From: Candidatus Hydrogenedentota bacterium
Lineage (GTDB): Bacteria > Hydrogenedentota > Hydrogenedentia > Hydrogenedentales > SLHB01
Direction: 5' to 3'
Length of the DNA: 64,000 nt
Assembly: GCA_029974275.1 (NCBI GenBank)
Contig: JARKSN010000288.1
Coordinates: 59,435 to 123,434 of the forward strand
Below, piece after piece: positions 9,147 to 20,800 of this stretch. Position numbers and translations under genes: made by a program. The notes beneath the pieces were generated by a model that worked only from the letters and a program-made list of their open reading frames with translations, did not search any database and had not been told where the DNA came from. Positions within the stretch are counted from its first letter, which is position 1. Each line of letters begins with the position of its first letter.

Positions 9147-10586
9147 ATGTCAGTCACGGTCGAAAAAAGTTTGAAGCACAAAGTCGCGGACATGAGCCTG
9201 GCCGAGTGGGGCCGCAAAGAGATCGACATGGCCGAAAAGGAGATGCCGGGACTCATGGCGATCCGCGAACGCTATGCCGCAAAGAAACCGTTGAAGGGTG
9301 CGCGGGTATCGGGGTCGTTGCACATGACCATCCAGACGGCCGTGTTGATCGAGACACTCGTCGATCTCGGCGCGGATGTGCGTTGGGCAAGCTGCAACAT
9401 CTACTCGACGCAGGATCACGCCGCCGCCGCGATTGCTGCCGCGGGCGTGCCGGTGTTTGCGTGGAAGGGTGAGACGCTCGAAGAATATTGGTGGTGCACT
9501 GACCAGGCCCTGTGCTGGCCGGACGGTTCGGGCCCGAATTTGATCGTCGACGATGGCGGCGATGCGACGTTGCTGATCCATCGTGGCTGCGAGTTCGAGG
9601 AGCACTTCGCGAAGCACGGCAAGCTGCCGGAAGTCTGCCGCGACAACAAGGAAGTCACGATCATTGACGAACTGCTCCACAGCATCCACGCGCAAACGCC
9701 GAACCGCTGGCACAATGTCGTGAAGGGATGGGTAGGCGTGTCGGAAGAGACGACCACCGGCGTGCACCGCCTCTACCAGATGATGCAGAAAGGTAGCCTG
9801 CGGACGCGCGCGATCAACGTCAACGATTCCGTCACGAAGTCGAAGTTCGACAACCTCTACGGCTGCCGCGAATCGCTGGCGGACGGCATCAAGCGCGCCA
9901 CCGACGTCATGATGGCCGGCAAGGTCGTCGTCGTCGCGGGCTATGGCGACGTCGGCAAGGGCTGCGCCCAGGCCATGCGCGGTCTCGGCGCGCGCGTGAT
10001 CATCACCGAGATCGACCCCATCTGCGCGTTGCAGGCGTGCATGGAAGGCTACCAAGTCACGACGATGGAAGAGGCCGCGCCGCTCGGCGACATCTTCGTC
10101 ACGACGACCGGTTGCTGCGACGTCATTCGCGGCGAGCACATGCAAGCGATGAAGGACGAGGCGATCGTGTGCAACATCGGCCACTTCGATTCCGAGATCG
10201 ACGTCGCGTGGCTCGAAGCGCAACCGGGCGTCACGGAACTCAACATCAAGCCGCAAGTCGACAAATTCATCTTCCCCGACGGCCATTGCATCATCATGCT
10301 CGCGCGCGGGCGTTTGGTGAACCTCGGCTGCGCGACGGGCCACCCGTCCTTCGTAATGTCCAACAGCTTCTCGAACCAGACCCTCGCCCAGATCTCGCTG
10401 TGGACCGAAAAAGAAAACTACGAAGTCGGCAAGGTCTACACGCTGTCGAAGAAGCTCGACGAAGAAGTGGCCGCGCTGCACCTCGGCAAACTCGGCGCGA
10501 AACTCACTCAGCTCAGCGAGAAGCAGGCCGCATATCTTGGCATTCCGGTCGAAGGACCCTTCAAGCCGGAACACTACCGCTATTGA
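9147..10586 (+). CDS. ahcY: Adenosylhomocysteinase
   Basis: [33 protein letters not shown] and GHPSFVMS motifs. Confidence 0.98.
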   Translation: MSVTVEKSLKHKVADMSLAEWGRKEIDMAEKEMPGLMAIRERYAAKKPLKGARVSGSLHMTIQTAVLIETLVDLGADVRWASCNIYSTQDHAAAAIAAAGVPVFAWKGETLEEYWWCTDQALCWPDGSGPNLIVDDGGDATLLIHRGCEFEEHFAKHGKLPEVCRDNKEVTIIDELLHSIHAQTPNRWHNVVKGWVGVSEETTTGVHRLYQMMQKGSLRTRAINVNDSVTKSKFDNLYGCRESLADGIKRATDVMMAGKVVVVAGYGDVGKGCAQAMRGLGARVIITEIDPICALQACMEGYQVTTMEEAAPLGDIFVTTTGCCDVIRGEHMQAMKDEAIVCNIGHFDSEIDVAWLEAQPGVTELNIKPQVDKFIFPDGHCIIMLARGRLVNLGCATGHPSFVMSNSFSNQTLAQISLWTEKENYEVGKVYTLSKKLDEEVAALHLGKLGAKLTQLSEKQAAYLGIPVEGPFKPEHYRY

Positions 10587-10601
10587 AACCCCGGCGCTGC
10601 G

Positions 10602-11873
10602 TCACCGAAATGCAATGCCCCGAGCCTGACCCGTGCGCACGAGCCACTGACGGGCTTGGCCCGCGGTGAAAACAGAGCCCGTGATAAGCAGCGGCGTTTC
10701 GGGGCCGGCGCAATCGAGACCGAGACGAATCGCAGCGGCAAGGTCTTCTGCGTGACGATGGGGGTGGCAGCCCGCGACCGCGCGCAGCCTCTCGATCGCC
10801 ATGGCGCGAGCGCCCTCAAACTGGGTGAGGATAAGCGGCGCGGCAATGGGCGCAAGGGCGTCAATCATGGCGCCCGCGTCCTTGTCAGCGGCGACGGCAA
10901 GGACGACAACGGCGCGCGCAAACTCCTGGGCTAGCCGTTGCGCGCCCGCCGCGTTGTGGGCGACATCAATGATGACCGGCGGATCGTCCAAGACCCGCTC
11001 CAGACGGCATGGCCATTTCGCGGTCCGCAATCCTTCGACGATCGCGTCTTGCGTGATGCGCGGAAATCCGGCGCGCAACCCCTCCAGCGCGGCCGCCGCC
11101 ACCGCCGCATTCTCGCCCTGGAAACGCCCGGCAAGACCCAATGGGCTCGCCTCGATCCGCAATCCGGCGCTCTCGTAGCAAAACGACTGGGCAAACGGCG
11201 GACCGGTCACGCGGCAATCGAAATCCCGACCGATCGCCTTGACAGGGGCGCGGCATTCTCCGGCGCGGCTCAGGATGACGCTGCGCGGTCCGGGTTTGCG
11301 TTCTCCCACGACAAGCGGAACCCCGGGCTTGATAATTCCGGCTTTTTCGAAGGCGATTTTTTCAAGCGTGTCGCCAAGATACTGAAGATGGTCGAGATCG
11401 ATGGTGGTGATGACGGTCTCGATGGGCGCGATTACGTTGGTCGAATCAAAACGCCCGCCCATGCCCACTTCGATCACCGCGACATCGACCTCGCGGACAT
11501 CAAACCAGCGGAATGCGACTGCGGTGAGCAATTCAAAATACGTCGGCGGATGGCGAAGCCCTTGGGCGACATCGCGAAAAAAGGCGATATGCGCGTCCAG
11601 CTCTTCCGCGCCAATGGGCTGCCCATCAATCAAAAAACGCTCGGAAACGTCGACAAGATGAGGGCTCGTGTACCGGCCCGTGCGGTACCCCGCCGCGCCC
11701 AACGCCGCGCTCAAAAACGCCGCGACGCTTCCCTTGCCGTTTGTTCCGGCGACGTGCACATGCAACCGCCGGCTTTCGGGGCGTCCAGCCGCCGCCAGCA
11801 AAAAACGGATGTTCTCGAGCCCGAGCTTGATGCCGTGGAATTCAAGCCCGGCGAGATACTCGCGGGGCGTCAC
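10602..11873 (-). CDS. folC: Folylpolyglutamate synthase/dihydrofolate synthase
   Basis: HVAGTNGKGS, YTSPHL, EVGMGGRFDSTN and DVAHN motifs. Confidence 0.96.
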   Translation of the reverse strand: MTPREYLAGLEFHGIKLGLENIRFLLAAAGRPESRRLHVHVAGTNGKGSVAAFLSAALGAAGYRTGRYTSPHLVDVSERFLIDGQPIGAEELDAHIAFFRDVAQGLRHPPTYFELLTAVAFRWFDVREVDVAVIEVGMGGRFDSTNVIAPIETVITTIDLDHLQYLGDTLEKIAFEKAGIIKPGVPLVVGERKPGPRSVILSRAGECRAPVKAIGRDFDCRVTGPPFAQSFCYESAGLRIEASPLGLAGRFQGENAAVAAAALEGLRAGFPRITQDAIVEGLRTAKWPCRLERVLDDPPVIIDVAHNAAGAQRLAQEFARAVVVLAVAADKDAGAMIDALAPIAAPLILTQFEGARAMAIERLRAVAGCHPHRHAEDLAAAIRLGLDCAGPETPLLITGSVFTAGQARQWLVRTGQARGIAFR

Positions 11874-12721
11874 TGCGGCGTCAAATACCGAAGGAGCTTG
11901 CCAAGCAAGGGCCGCAATTCCGAGCGCTTGACGATTTGATCGATGAACCCGTTGGCAAATTGGTATTCAGCGCTCTGAAAGCCTTCGGGAAGTTTCACCT
12001 TCAAAGCGCCCTCGATGAGCCGAGGCCCCGCAAAACCGATATGCGCATTGGGCTCGGCCAACGTAATATCGCCCAGACTGGCAAAACTCGCATACACGCC
12101 CCCCGTAGTCGGATCGGTGAGCACGACAATATACGGAACGCCCGCCTCGTTCATCTCCAAAACGGCGTCCGCCGTCTTGGCCATCTGCATCAGGCTCAAA
12201 ATGCCCTCTTCCATGCGCGCGCCGCCCGATGAGGTAAGCGTGATCAGGGGAACCCGCTCCCGAACCGCATCCGACGCGGCGCGGCAAAATTTCTCGCCCA
12301 CCGCCGATCCCATGCTGCCGCCGCGAAACGTGAAATCCATGGCGGCCAACACCGTGCGCGACCCTTCCACGGCGGCAAAACCCGTCACCATAGCCTCATT
12401 CATCAAGGACTTCTGCTTGGCCTGGACCACCTTGTCGCGGTACGAATAATTCACCTCGCCGATGGAAAAACCCAACGGATCGTCGCTCTCAACGTCGGCA
12501 TGGGTTTCCGCGAAAGTGCCCGGATCCGCAATCGTCTCGATGCGCTGCCGGGCGGACAGACGGCTGTGGTGCCCGCACAAAGGACAGACGGACAGGTTCT
12601 GCTCGACCTCCGCGCGGTACACCGCCTTTTTGCAGGCGGGACACTTCATCCAGAGACCGTCTGGAACGGCGCTCTTGCGCCCAATAACCGAAACGAAACG
12701 GCGGCGGCTCAAAAACGACAT
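11870..12721 (-). CDS. accD: Acetyl-CoA carboxylase carboxyltransferase beta subunit
   Basis: LWMKCPAC zinc finger, GGSMGS, SGGARM and GFAGPR motifs. Confidence 0.97.
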   Translation of the reverse strand: MSFLSRRRFVSVIGRKSAVPDGLWMKCPACKKAVYRAEVEQNLSVCPLCGHHSRLSARQRIETIADPGTFAETHADVESDDPLGFSIGEVNYSYRDKVVQAKQKSLMNEAMVTGFAAVEGSRTVLAAMDFTFRGGSMGSAVGEKFCRAASDAVRERVPLITLTSSGGARMEEGILSLMQMAKTADAVLEMNEAGVPYIVVLTDPTTGGVYASFASLGDITLAEPNAHIGFAGPRLIEGALKVKLPEGFQSAEYQFANGFIDQIVKRSELRPLLGKLLRYLTPQ

Positions 12722-12736
12722 GGCGATTCCCGTCTC

Positions 12737-13465
12737 CTATGCGATCGGCGCGTTGACCGCGCCGGTCCCGTGAAACTCGGGGCAATACAGCAAGCGGCCG
12801 CAAAAATTGCACCCGTGCACGCGCCCGCCCAACACTTCGTTCACGATCTGCGCCGGCACGGCCATGTTGCAGCCAGAACAGTGATCGCCCCGAAGCGGCA
12901 CCGCCGCGGGCCCCGTCTTCTTGCTGGCCCGAATGCGCTTGTACCGGTGCATCAACGCCGGCTCGACCTGCGCCGCAAGGGGAACGCGCCGGGTCTCAAG
13001 CGCCCCGCGTTGCCGGACGGCCTCGGCCAACTCCTCATCGATTGCCGCGCATTGGGCCGCAATCGATTTCATGTCGGACTCGATGCGCTTGCGATTCTCG
13101 GCCAAACTCACCTTGCCGTCATCAAGCTCCACCATGATGGAGATGACGCGCTCTTCCTGAATGGATATCTGCTTCTTAATCAGATCCATCTCGTGCAACA
13201 GCGCCTGGTATTCCTCGTTTTTCTTGACGCCCAGCAACTGCTGCTCGTACTTGGCCACTTGGCCCTTGTGCTTCTCGATCTCCCCTTCCGCCGCCCGCTG
13301 GGCCAACGTCAAATCGCGATACCCCTTCTCGCGCTCCTCAAGCTCGGAAGCAAGGCGCTTTCGCTGAATATCGAACTTGTTCTTCTGCTTAGGAATCTCC
13401 AGCTCGCGCAACTTGCACGCCTCGATCTGCAAATCCAACTCTTGAAGCTCTAACAGCGTTTTCAA
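12737..13465 (-). CDS. Coiled-coil protein with C-terminal C4 zinc ribbon (DUF164/CT398-like)
   Basis: LLELQELD start, KKNEEYQAL, CSGC...CNFCGRLLY. Start is uncertain (TTG 13465 follows GAGGAG). Confidence 0.88.
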   Translation of the reverse strand: MKTLLELQELDLQIEACKLRELEIPKQKNKFDIQRKRLASELEEREKGYRDLTLAQRAAEGEIEKHKGQVAKYEQQLLGVKKNEEYQALLHEMDLIKKQISIQEERVISIMVELDDGKVSLAENRKRIESDMKSIAAQCAAIDEELAEAVRQRGALETRRVPLAAQVEPALMHRYKRIRASKKTGPAAVPLRGDHCSGCNMAVPAQIVNEVLGGRVHGCNFCGRLLYCPEFHGTGAVNAPIA

Positions 13466-13534
13466 CCGCGTGGTCTCCTCATCTCCGAATTCAACGAAAG
13501 CCCAACCCGGCAAATCCGTCCCGCGATTCAAATG

Positions 13535-13560
13535 AAAAGGCCGCAGCCAAAGCTGCGGCC
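13535..13560 (-). terminator. Intrinsic terminator after ilvC
   Basis: GGCCGCAGC-TTTG-GCTGCGGCC-TTTT on the minus strand. Confidence 0.75.
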
Positions 13561-13567
13561 CGGAACG

Positions 13568-14563
13568 TCACTTAATCCAGGGCATCATCTTACGAAGCCT
13601 GGCCCCCACCTCTTCAATGGGGTGGGCCGCATCGGCCGCCCGCAACTTCTTGAAGTTCTCGCCGCCAGCAGCATACTCGGCAAGCCACTCCTTCGCAAAC
13701 TCGCCCGATTGAATGCGCTGAAGCGCGGCCCGCATGGCGTTTTTGGTCTCTTCGGTGACGATCTTCGGACCGACCGTCAAGCCGCCGTACTCGGCCGTGT
13801 CGCTCACGGAATAATTCATGAAGGCCAGACCGCCGCGGTAGTACAGATCAACGATCAGCTTGAGCTCGTGCATGATCTCGAAATACGCAATCTCCGGCTG
13901 ATACCCCGCCTCGATCAGAACCTCAAAACCCGCCTTGATAAGCGCCGCCGAGCCGCCGCACAAAACCGTCTGCTCGCCAAACAAATCCGTCTCCGTCTCT
14001 TCCTTGAACGTCGTCTCGAGAATGCCCGCGCGACCGCCGCCCAACGCCTTGCCATACGCCAAGGCGATCTGCATCGCATTGCCCGTGGCATCCTGATGAA
14101 TCGCGACCAGACACGGCACGCCGCCGCCCCGCGCATACTCGTCGCGCACAAGGTGACCGGGGCCCTTCGGGGCGATCATGAACACGTCAGTCTTCGCGTC
14201 CGGCTGGATGCACTTGAAGTGAATGTTGAACCCATGGGCGAACATCAGCGCGCTGCCCGGCTTCAGGTTCGGCTGGATGAACTTCTCGTAAATCGGCTTC
14301 TGCACGGTGTCGGGAACCAAAATGACGATGATGTCGCCGCGCTTGGCCGCCTCGGCAGCGTCAACGACTTCAAAACCCGCCTCGGTCGCAGCCACGTAAT
14401 TCTTGTTGTTCGGATCCTTGAGCTCAGCGACGATCACGTTGACGCCGCTGTCGCGCAGGTTCATCGCGTGCGCATGACCCTGACTTCCATAGCCAACGAT
14501 GCTGACGGTCTTGCCCGACAACACCGAAAGGTCCGCATCCGCATCGTAGAACATCTTACTCAT
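13568..14563 (-). CDS. ilvC: Ketol-acid reductoisomerase
   Basis: [17 protein letters not shown] and ETDLFGEQ motifs. Confidence 0.98.
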   Translation of the reverse strand: MSKMFYDADADLSVLSGKTVSIVGYGSQGHAHAMNLRDSGVNVIVAELKDPNNKNYVAATEAGFEVVDAAEAAKRGDIIVILVPDTVQKPIYEKFIQPNLKPGSALMFAHGFNIHFKCIQPDAKTDVFMIAPKGPGHLVRDEYARGGGVPCLVAIHQDATGNAMQIALAYGKALGGGRAGILETTFKEETETDLFGEQTVLCGGSAALIKAGFEVLIEAGYQPEIAYFEIMHELKLIVDLYYRGGLAFMNYSVSDTAEYGGLTVGPKIVTEETKNAMRAALQRIQSGEFAKEWLAEYAAGGENFKKLRAADAAHPIEEVGARLRKMMPWIK

Positions 14564-15068
14564 CGTCTTCGTTTCCTTTCTCTATCCGTTTCGGAGAGCG
14601 CCCAATGGCGATCTTGCCTGTCCTCACCAACTCGCGAATGCCAAAAGGCCGCAGCATGTCGATAAACGCCGCAAGCTTTCCCTCGGACCCCGTCGCCTCA
14701 ATGGTCATCGCATCCGATCCCATGTCGATAACCTTGGCGCGAAAAATGTCGGCAAGCTCCACGGCCTCGCCGCGCTTCCTTCCGGAAACGCCCACCTTGA
14801 CCATCACCAGCTCGCGCTCGACATGGTCCTCGCGCGTGAGATCCTTCACCTCGATCGTGTCCGCAAGCTTGTTCAACTGCTTGATGATCTGCTCCAGCAC
14901 GCGATCATCGCCCCGCACCACCACCGTCATCCGCGACACCGCGGGGTCCTCCGTCGTGCCCACGCACAAGCTATCGATGTTGTAGCCCCGTGCGCTGAAC
15001 AGCCCCGAAACCCGGGCCAGCACGCCAAAATGATTCTCGACGAGGATGCTGATCGTGTGCTTTTTCAT
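14556..15068 (-). CDS. ilvN: Acetolactate synthase small subunit
   Basis: [29 protein letters not shown] and ERELVMVKV motifs. Confidence 0.96.
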   Translation of the reverse strand: MKKHTISILVENHFGVLARVSGLFSARGYNIDSLCVGTTEDPAVSRMTVVVRGDDRVLEQIIKQLNKLADTIEVKDLTREDHVERELVMVKVGVSGRKRGEAVELADIFRAKVIDMGSDAMTIEATGSEGKLAAFIDMLRPFGIRELVRTGKIAIGRSPKRIEKGNEDDE

Positions 15069-15096
15069 GTCGCGTCCATTCATTCCCGCGCCGGTT

Positions 15097-15654
15097 TCAA
15101 TGGAACCGGTTCATCGCCTTGTCCATCCCCTCGGTCACAAAGGCCAACACCGCATCCGCCGCGCGCGCAATCGATTCCGCCATGACAACCCGCTCCTCGG
15201 GGGTGAACACGCCGAGGACATGGTCGGCCAAATCAGCCTCTGCCCTATTCTCACCTACGCCTATGCGCAGTCGGGAAAACTCCTGCGTGCCTACGCGCTC
15301 AATGATCGACTTCAATCCGTTGTGACCGCCCGCACTGCCTTCCCTGCGAAAGCGAAGCCGACCCAAAGGCAAATTCACGTCGTCCGCGACCACGAGCAGA
15401 TCGGCAAGACTGTCCACGGCGTTGCGAACCGCCTGAGCCACCGCCTGACCGCTCAAATTCATATAGGTCATCGGCTTGAGCAGCAACACCTTCGCGCCCT
15501 GCCATTGCCCCTGTGCGACAAGCCCCTGATACTTCTCGCGATCAAACGCGACCGCAAGACGCGCCGCCACCTCGTCCACCGTCATAAACCCGACATTGTG
15601 CCGCGTGCCTCGGTAGCGCGGCCCCGGATTTCCCAATCCCACAATCACCTTCAC
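15097..15654 (-). CDS. pth: Peptidyl-tRNA hydrolase
   Basis: VGLGNPG, TRHNVGF, KPMTYMNLSG and GGHNGLKS motifs. Confidence 0.98.
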   Translation of the reverse strand: MKVIVGLGNPGPRYRGTRHNVGFMTVDEVAARLAVAFDREKYQGLVAQGQWQGAKVLLLKPMTYMNLSGQAVAQAVRNAVDSLADLLVVADDVNLPLGRLRFRREGSAGGHNGLKSIIERVGTQEFSRLRIGVGENRAEADLADHVLGVFTPEERVVMAESIARAADAVLAFVTEGMDKAMNRFH

Positions 15655-15733
15655 GCGGACCGCCTTTCACGCAACGGCAAGACTATCGACGGCGCGAAAA
15701 TGCGTCTTCTCATCCCATGCCCAACCCGCCGCG

Positions 15734-16396
15734 CTATTTCTTCGACTCGGTCTTGGCCTCGGCCTTGCCTTCAACCTTGGCTTCGCCCTCGCCCTCGCCT
15801 TCCTTGGCGGCGGTTTCCTCGCCGGACGTCAAACTGCGCGGCACATGCACCGCCGCGACCGTGCGATCGGGATCCGTGATAATGGCGACGCCCCGAGCCG
15901 TCTGCACCGCCGACACGTGGATGCTGTCGCCCAGATTAAGCTGCGACACATCCACCTCGATTTTTTCGGGAACTTCCAGGGCCAAGCATTCCACTTCAAG
16001 CTCGCGGAGCTGCTGGTCCAACACGCCCCCCGCCACCACGCCCGGCGATTGCCCCACCAACACGACCTGCACCAGCGTCGTGATGCGTTCGTCCAGCCGG
16101 ATGCGCTGAAAATCGGCATGCAGCACCTGGCCCTTCAACGGATGATGCTGCACCTCCTTGATCATCGCCGGGCCGCTCAGCTCGGGCTTGTCCACGACGG
16201 CCAACTGCAACACGGCGTGCTCGCCGCCGCGCCCGTGGAGCACCTTCAGCAGCTCCTTCTTGTTCACCGCCAGCGACACCGAATCCTGCCCGCCTCCATA
16301 CAGCACCGTCGGCACCGACTCGCCGCACCGCGTTTGATGCGCCGCGCCCTTGCCGCTCGCGGACCGCGTCCTTACGTTCAGGGTCTGCAATTCCAT
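15734..16396 (-). CDS. rplY: 50S ribosomal protein L25/Ctc
   Basis: VPTVLYG and IKEVQHHP...HADF motifs; conserved prs-rplY-pth synteny. Confidence 0.95.
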   Translation of the reverse strand: MELQTLNVRTRSASGKGAAHQTRCGESVPTVLYGGGQDSVSLAVNKKELLKVLHGRGGEHAVLQLAVVDKPELSGPAMIKEVQHHPLKGQVLHADFQRIRLDERITTLVQVVLVGQSPGVVAGGVLDQQLRELEVECLALEVPEKIEVDVSQLNLGDSIHVSAVQTARGVAIITDPDRTVAAVHVPRSLTSGEETAAKEGEGEGEAKVEGKAEAKTESKK

Positions 16397-16418
16397 GATA
16401 TCCACGCCTCCGTTTCTG

Positions 16419-17366
16419 CTACTGGAACAATATGCTCACCGACTCCTCGTGATGAATGCGCCGGATGGCCTCGCCGATCAGCGGCGCAAACGACAACGTC
16501 TTGACCTTGGCGCACGACGCCGCGCACAGCGCCAACGAAATCGTGTCGCTCACGAACACCTCGCTCAGCGCCGACTCCTCAATCCGTTCAATGGCCTCGC
16601 CGCTGAACACCGGGTGCGTCGCGCACGCAACGACATCGGTCGCGCCGTGCTCCTTAACCGCCGCCGCCGCCTTGACCAACGTGCCCGCCGTATCGATCAT
16701 GTCATCAAAAATGATCGCCTGCTTGCCGCTCACGTCGCCAATGACATTCATCACTTCCGAAACGTTGGCCTTCGGGCGACGCTTATCCACAATGGCCAGA
16801 CGCGCCTCGATCCGATTGGCGAAATCCCGCGCCCGATGCACGCTGCCCGTGTCCGGCGACACGACCACCGCATTCGAAACGCCGCGATCCATAAAATGCT
16901 TCGCGAACACCACCTGACCGTTCAGATGATCCACCGGAATGTCGAAAAACCCTTGAATCTGCCCGCAATGCAAATCCGCCGTCAATACGCGATCCACCCC
17001 CGCCGCCACAATCAAGTTCGACACCAGTTTCGCCGTGATCGGCACGCGAGGCCGATCCTTGCGATCCTGTCGCGCATAGCCGAAATACGGCAACACCGCC
17101 GTGACGCGCGCCGCCGAAGCGCGACGGGCCGCATCGATCAAAATCAACAATTCGAGCAAATGATCATTCACCGGCGTCGACGTGCTATTGATGATGAACA
17201 CGTCCTTGCCGCGAATGTTTTCGCCTATCTGAACCTGAATTTCACTGTCGCTGAACTGGTCCACCGTCGCGCGGCCCAGCTCAATGCCGAGATGGTCGCA
17301 CACGCCCCGCGCCAAGTTGCGCGACGCATTGCCCGTAAACACCCTCATCTCTTTGCTGTACGCCAC
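16419..17366 (-). CDS. prs: Ribose-phosphate pyrophosphokinase
   Basis: FSDSEI, YFGYARQDRK, VVSPD and DDMIDTAGT motifs. The track ORF is over-extended through the tRNA. Confidence 0.97.
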   Translation of the reverse strand: MAYSKEMRVFTGNASRNLARGVCDHLGIELGRATVDQFSDSEIQVQIGENIRGKDVFIINSTSTPVNDHLLELLILIDAARRASAARVTAVLPYFGYARQDRKDRPRVPITAKLVSNLIVAAGVDRVLTADLHCGQIQGFFDIPVDHLNGQVVFAKHFMDRGVSNAVVVSPDTGSVHRARDFANRIEARLAIVDKRRPKANVSEVMNVIGDVSGKQAIIFDDMIDTAGTLVKAAAAVKEHGATDVVACATHPVFSGEAIERIEESALSEVFVSDTISLALCAASCAKVKTLSFAPLIGEAIRRIHHEESVSILFQ

Positions 17367-17400
17367 GTCGCCACCACCCCTCGTTGCTCCCATGATGTCT

Positions 17401-17475
17401 TGGCTGGGGCGGTAGGATTCGAACCTACGAATGTCGGCTCCAAAGGCCGATGCCTTACCACTTGGCGACGCCCCA
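17401..17475 (-). tRNA. tRNA-Gln(TTG)
   Basis: TGGGGCGTCGCCAAGTGGTAAGGCATCGGCC-TTTGGA-GCCGACATTCGTAGGTTCGAATCCTACCGCCCCAGCCA: D-loop, anticodon TTG, TTCGAAT T-loop and encoded CCA; usual position upstream of prs. Confidence 0.97.
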
Positions 17476-17868
17476 CCACGCAGTCCCGCGGACCACAACG
17501 CGTTGCAACCATGATCGCGACGAACAAGGCCTCGGCCCAGTCGCCGCAACACCGCCGCAGCGCACCGCGCCTGGCGCTTGTCCTGCGCCAAAAACGCCGC
17601 CGCTCCGCGTCCAGACAAGTCCTGGAGTATAGCAACCGCCCAAACCTCAAGTCAAAAGCCCTGCCAGCCGCCCAACCGCGACGATCCGGGACCGGTTCCG
17701 GGCCAGGAAATGCGCCGGAAAAAACAGACACGCACGCCGCAAAACGGCCCCCACGCCCACGCCGGACATTCCCGCCAGGCATTTCCAGACACGCAACCGG
17801 CGCAGCAAGAGGGAAACGCCCCCGGCTGCGCCGCTGCGATCACACGAATTCTCCGAACATCCGCCGCC

Positions 17869-20800
17869 TCACGACTGGATATCGGCGTGGTACTCCTGCA
17901 ACGCGCGCACCGCACACCTGTCCCGACGATGCGCCGCAATGCCTTTCGCCGCGGCCAACGCCGCCGCAATGGTCGTCACATACGGTATCCGATGCTTGAT
18001 CGCGGCTTTCCGGATGTACGAATCGTCGCTATCCCCCTGCTTTCCCGAAGGCGAATTGACGACAAGCGTAATCTCGCCATTCGTGATCGCGTCCACAATG
18101 TCCGGACGGCCTTCCTGCATCTTGTTGATGCGCGCACATTCGACGCCGTTCTCCGCGAGAAACGCGTGCGTGCCCTTGGTCGCATGGATCGCAAACCCCA
18201 ATTCGGCCAAACGCTGGGCCACCTCGACCGCGGCAGCCTTGTCCGCGTCGGCGACGGTCATCAACACGGCCCCGTGCAACGGCAACCGCTGCTGCGCGGC
18301 CTCCTGCGACTTGTAAAACGCCATGCCAAAACTCCGCGCCATGCCCAACACCTCGCCCGTGGACCGCATCTCCGGACCCAGCACGGGATCCACCTCGGGG
18401 AACATATTGAACGGAAACACCGACTCCTTCACGCCGTAATGCGGAATCGCGCTGTGCTTGAGGTTCATATCCGCGAGCTTCTTGCCGAGCATGACCTGCG
18501 TCGCGATGCGCGCCATGGGAATGTTGCACACCTTCGACACCAGCGGCACCGTGCGCGACGCGCGCGGATTGGCCTCGAGCACGTACACGCGGTCATTCGC
18601 GATCGCGTACTGCATGTTCATCAACCCCACGACGCCCAACTCGATGGCGATCTTCTTGGTGTACTCGCCAATCGTGTCGAGATGCTTCGCGGGGATGCTG
18701 ATCGGCGGAATCACGCACGCCGAATCGCCGGAATGAATCCCCGCGCGCTCAATGTGCTCCATAATCGCCGGCACAAACGCATCGGAGCCGTCGGCAATGG
18801 CGTCCGCCTCCACCTCGATGGCATTCTCCAAAAACTTGTCAATAAGAATCGGTCGGTCCGGCGTGACATCCACCGCCGCCGCGACGTAGCGACGCAGCAT
18901 CTGCTCATCGTGGACGACTTCCATTCCGCGGCCGCCCAATACATACGAAGGACGCACCATCAACGGGTAGCCAATCTCGTCCGCAATGGCCAACGCCTGC
19001 TCCAGCGTGCTGGCCATGCCCGATTTCGGCATGGGAATCCCAAGACGCTCCATGACCTTGCGGAACCGGTCGCGATCCTCGGCAAGATCAATCGTGTCCG
19101 GCGACGTGCCAACGATGGGGACGCCGAGGGCGGCCAATTCCCCCGCAATGTTCAACGGCGTTTGCCCCCCAAACTGCACGATGACCCCGTCCGGCTTCTC
19201 TTTCAGATAAATGCTATACACGTCCTCGACGGTCAGCGGCTCGAAATACAGCTTGTTCGACGTGTCATAGTCCGTCGAAACGGTTTCGGGATTGCAATTC
19301 ACCATGACCGACTCGAGCCCCTCATCGCGGATCGCGAACGCGGCATGCACGCAGCAATAGTCGAACTCGATGCCCTGCCCGATGCGATCGGGTCCGCCCC
19401 CAAGCACCATGATTTTGCGATTCGGCGACACCGACACGGAATCGGACGCGTTGTACGTCGAGAAATAGTATGCCGCGTTCTCGACGCCGCTCACGGGAAC
19501 GGCCTCCCACGCCTCCACGACGCCCAAACGCGTGCGCCGATCGCGAATGTCCCGCTCGGGCACGCCCAGGATTTTGGCGAGATACTTGTCCGCAAACCCA
19601 TCCTGCTTCGCCTGAACCAGCAACGCATCCGGAACGGTCCCGCCCTTGCATGCGAGGATTTTCTCCTCCAACTCGACGAGTTCCTTCATCTGCTGAATAA
19701 ACCACTCCTTGATGTGCGTCCGGCGATGCAGATCCGCGACGTCCGCGCCTTTGCGCAACGCCTCATACATCAAGAATTGACGCTCGCTCGTAGGCGTGTT
19801 CAGCAACTTGAGCAACTGGTCGAGCGATTTCTCATGGAAATCCTTGGCGAACCCCAAGCCATGCCGCCCCGATTCAAGCGACCGGATAGCCTTCTGCAAG
19901 GCCTCCTTATAGTTCTTGCCAATGCTCATCACTTCGCCGACGGCCCGCATCTGCGTGCCGAGCCTGTCCTCGACGCCCTTGAACTTCTCGAAGGCCCAGC
20001 GCGCGAATTTCACCACCACGTACTCGCCGGACGGCGTATACCTCTCCAACGTCCCGTCGCGCCAATACGGAATCTCATCCAGCGTAACGCCGCTCGCCAG
20101 CATGGCCGACACCATCGCAATCGGGAAGCCCGTCGCCTTGGAAGCCAACGCCGACGACCGCGACGTGCGCGGATTGATCTCGATCACGACGACCCGGCCG
20201 GTCTTGGGATCATGCGCAAATTGAATGTTCGTGCCGCCGATAACCTCGATCGCCTCGACAATGTCGTAGGAATATCGCTGCAACCGCTTCTGCAGCTCCG
20301 GCCCGATCGTCAACATCGGAGCCGTGCAATACGAGTCGCCGGTGTGAACCCCCATCGCATCGACATTCTCGATGAAACACACCGTAATCATCTGATTCTT
20401 CGCGTCGCGCACGACCTCGAGTTCCAGTTCCTCCCACCCAAGAACCGACTCTTCGACCAAAACCTGATGCACCAAGCTCACCGCCAGCCCGCGCGCGGCG
20501 ACCGTCCGCAATTCCTCGACGTTGTAAACCATGCCGCCGCCCGTGCCACCCATCGTATACGCCGGCCGCAGCACCACCGGATACCCCAGGCCTTCCGCGA
20601 TGCGCTCCGCCTCTTCCACGGTATAGGCCAACTCGCTCTTGGGCATCTCGATGCCCAAACGGTTCATCGTTTCCTTGAACGCCGCCCGATCCTCGCCGCG
20701 CTCGATGGCGTCCAACTGCACCCCAATCACCTTGACCCCGAACGCGTCCAGCACGCCCGTCTTCGCGAGCTCCGAGGAAAGATTCAGCCCGGATTGGCCG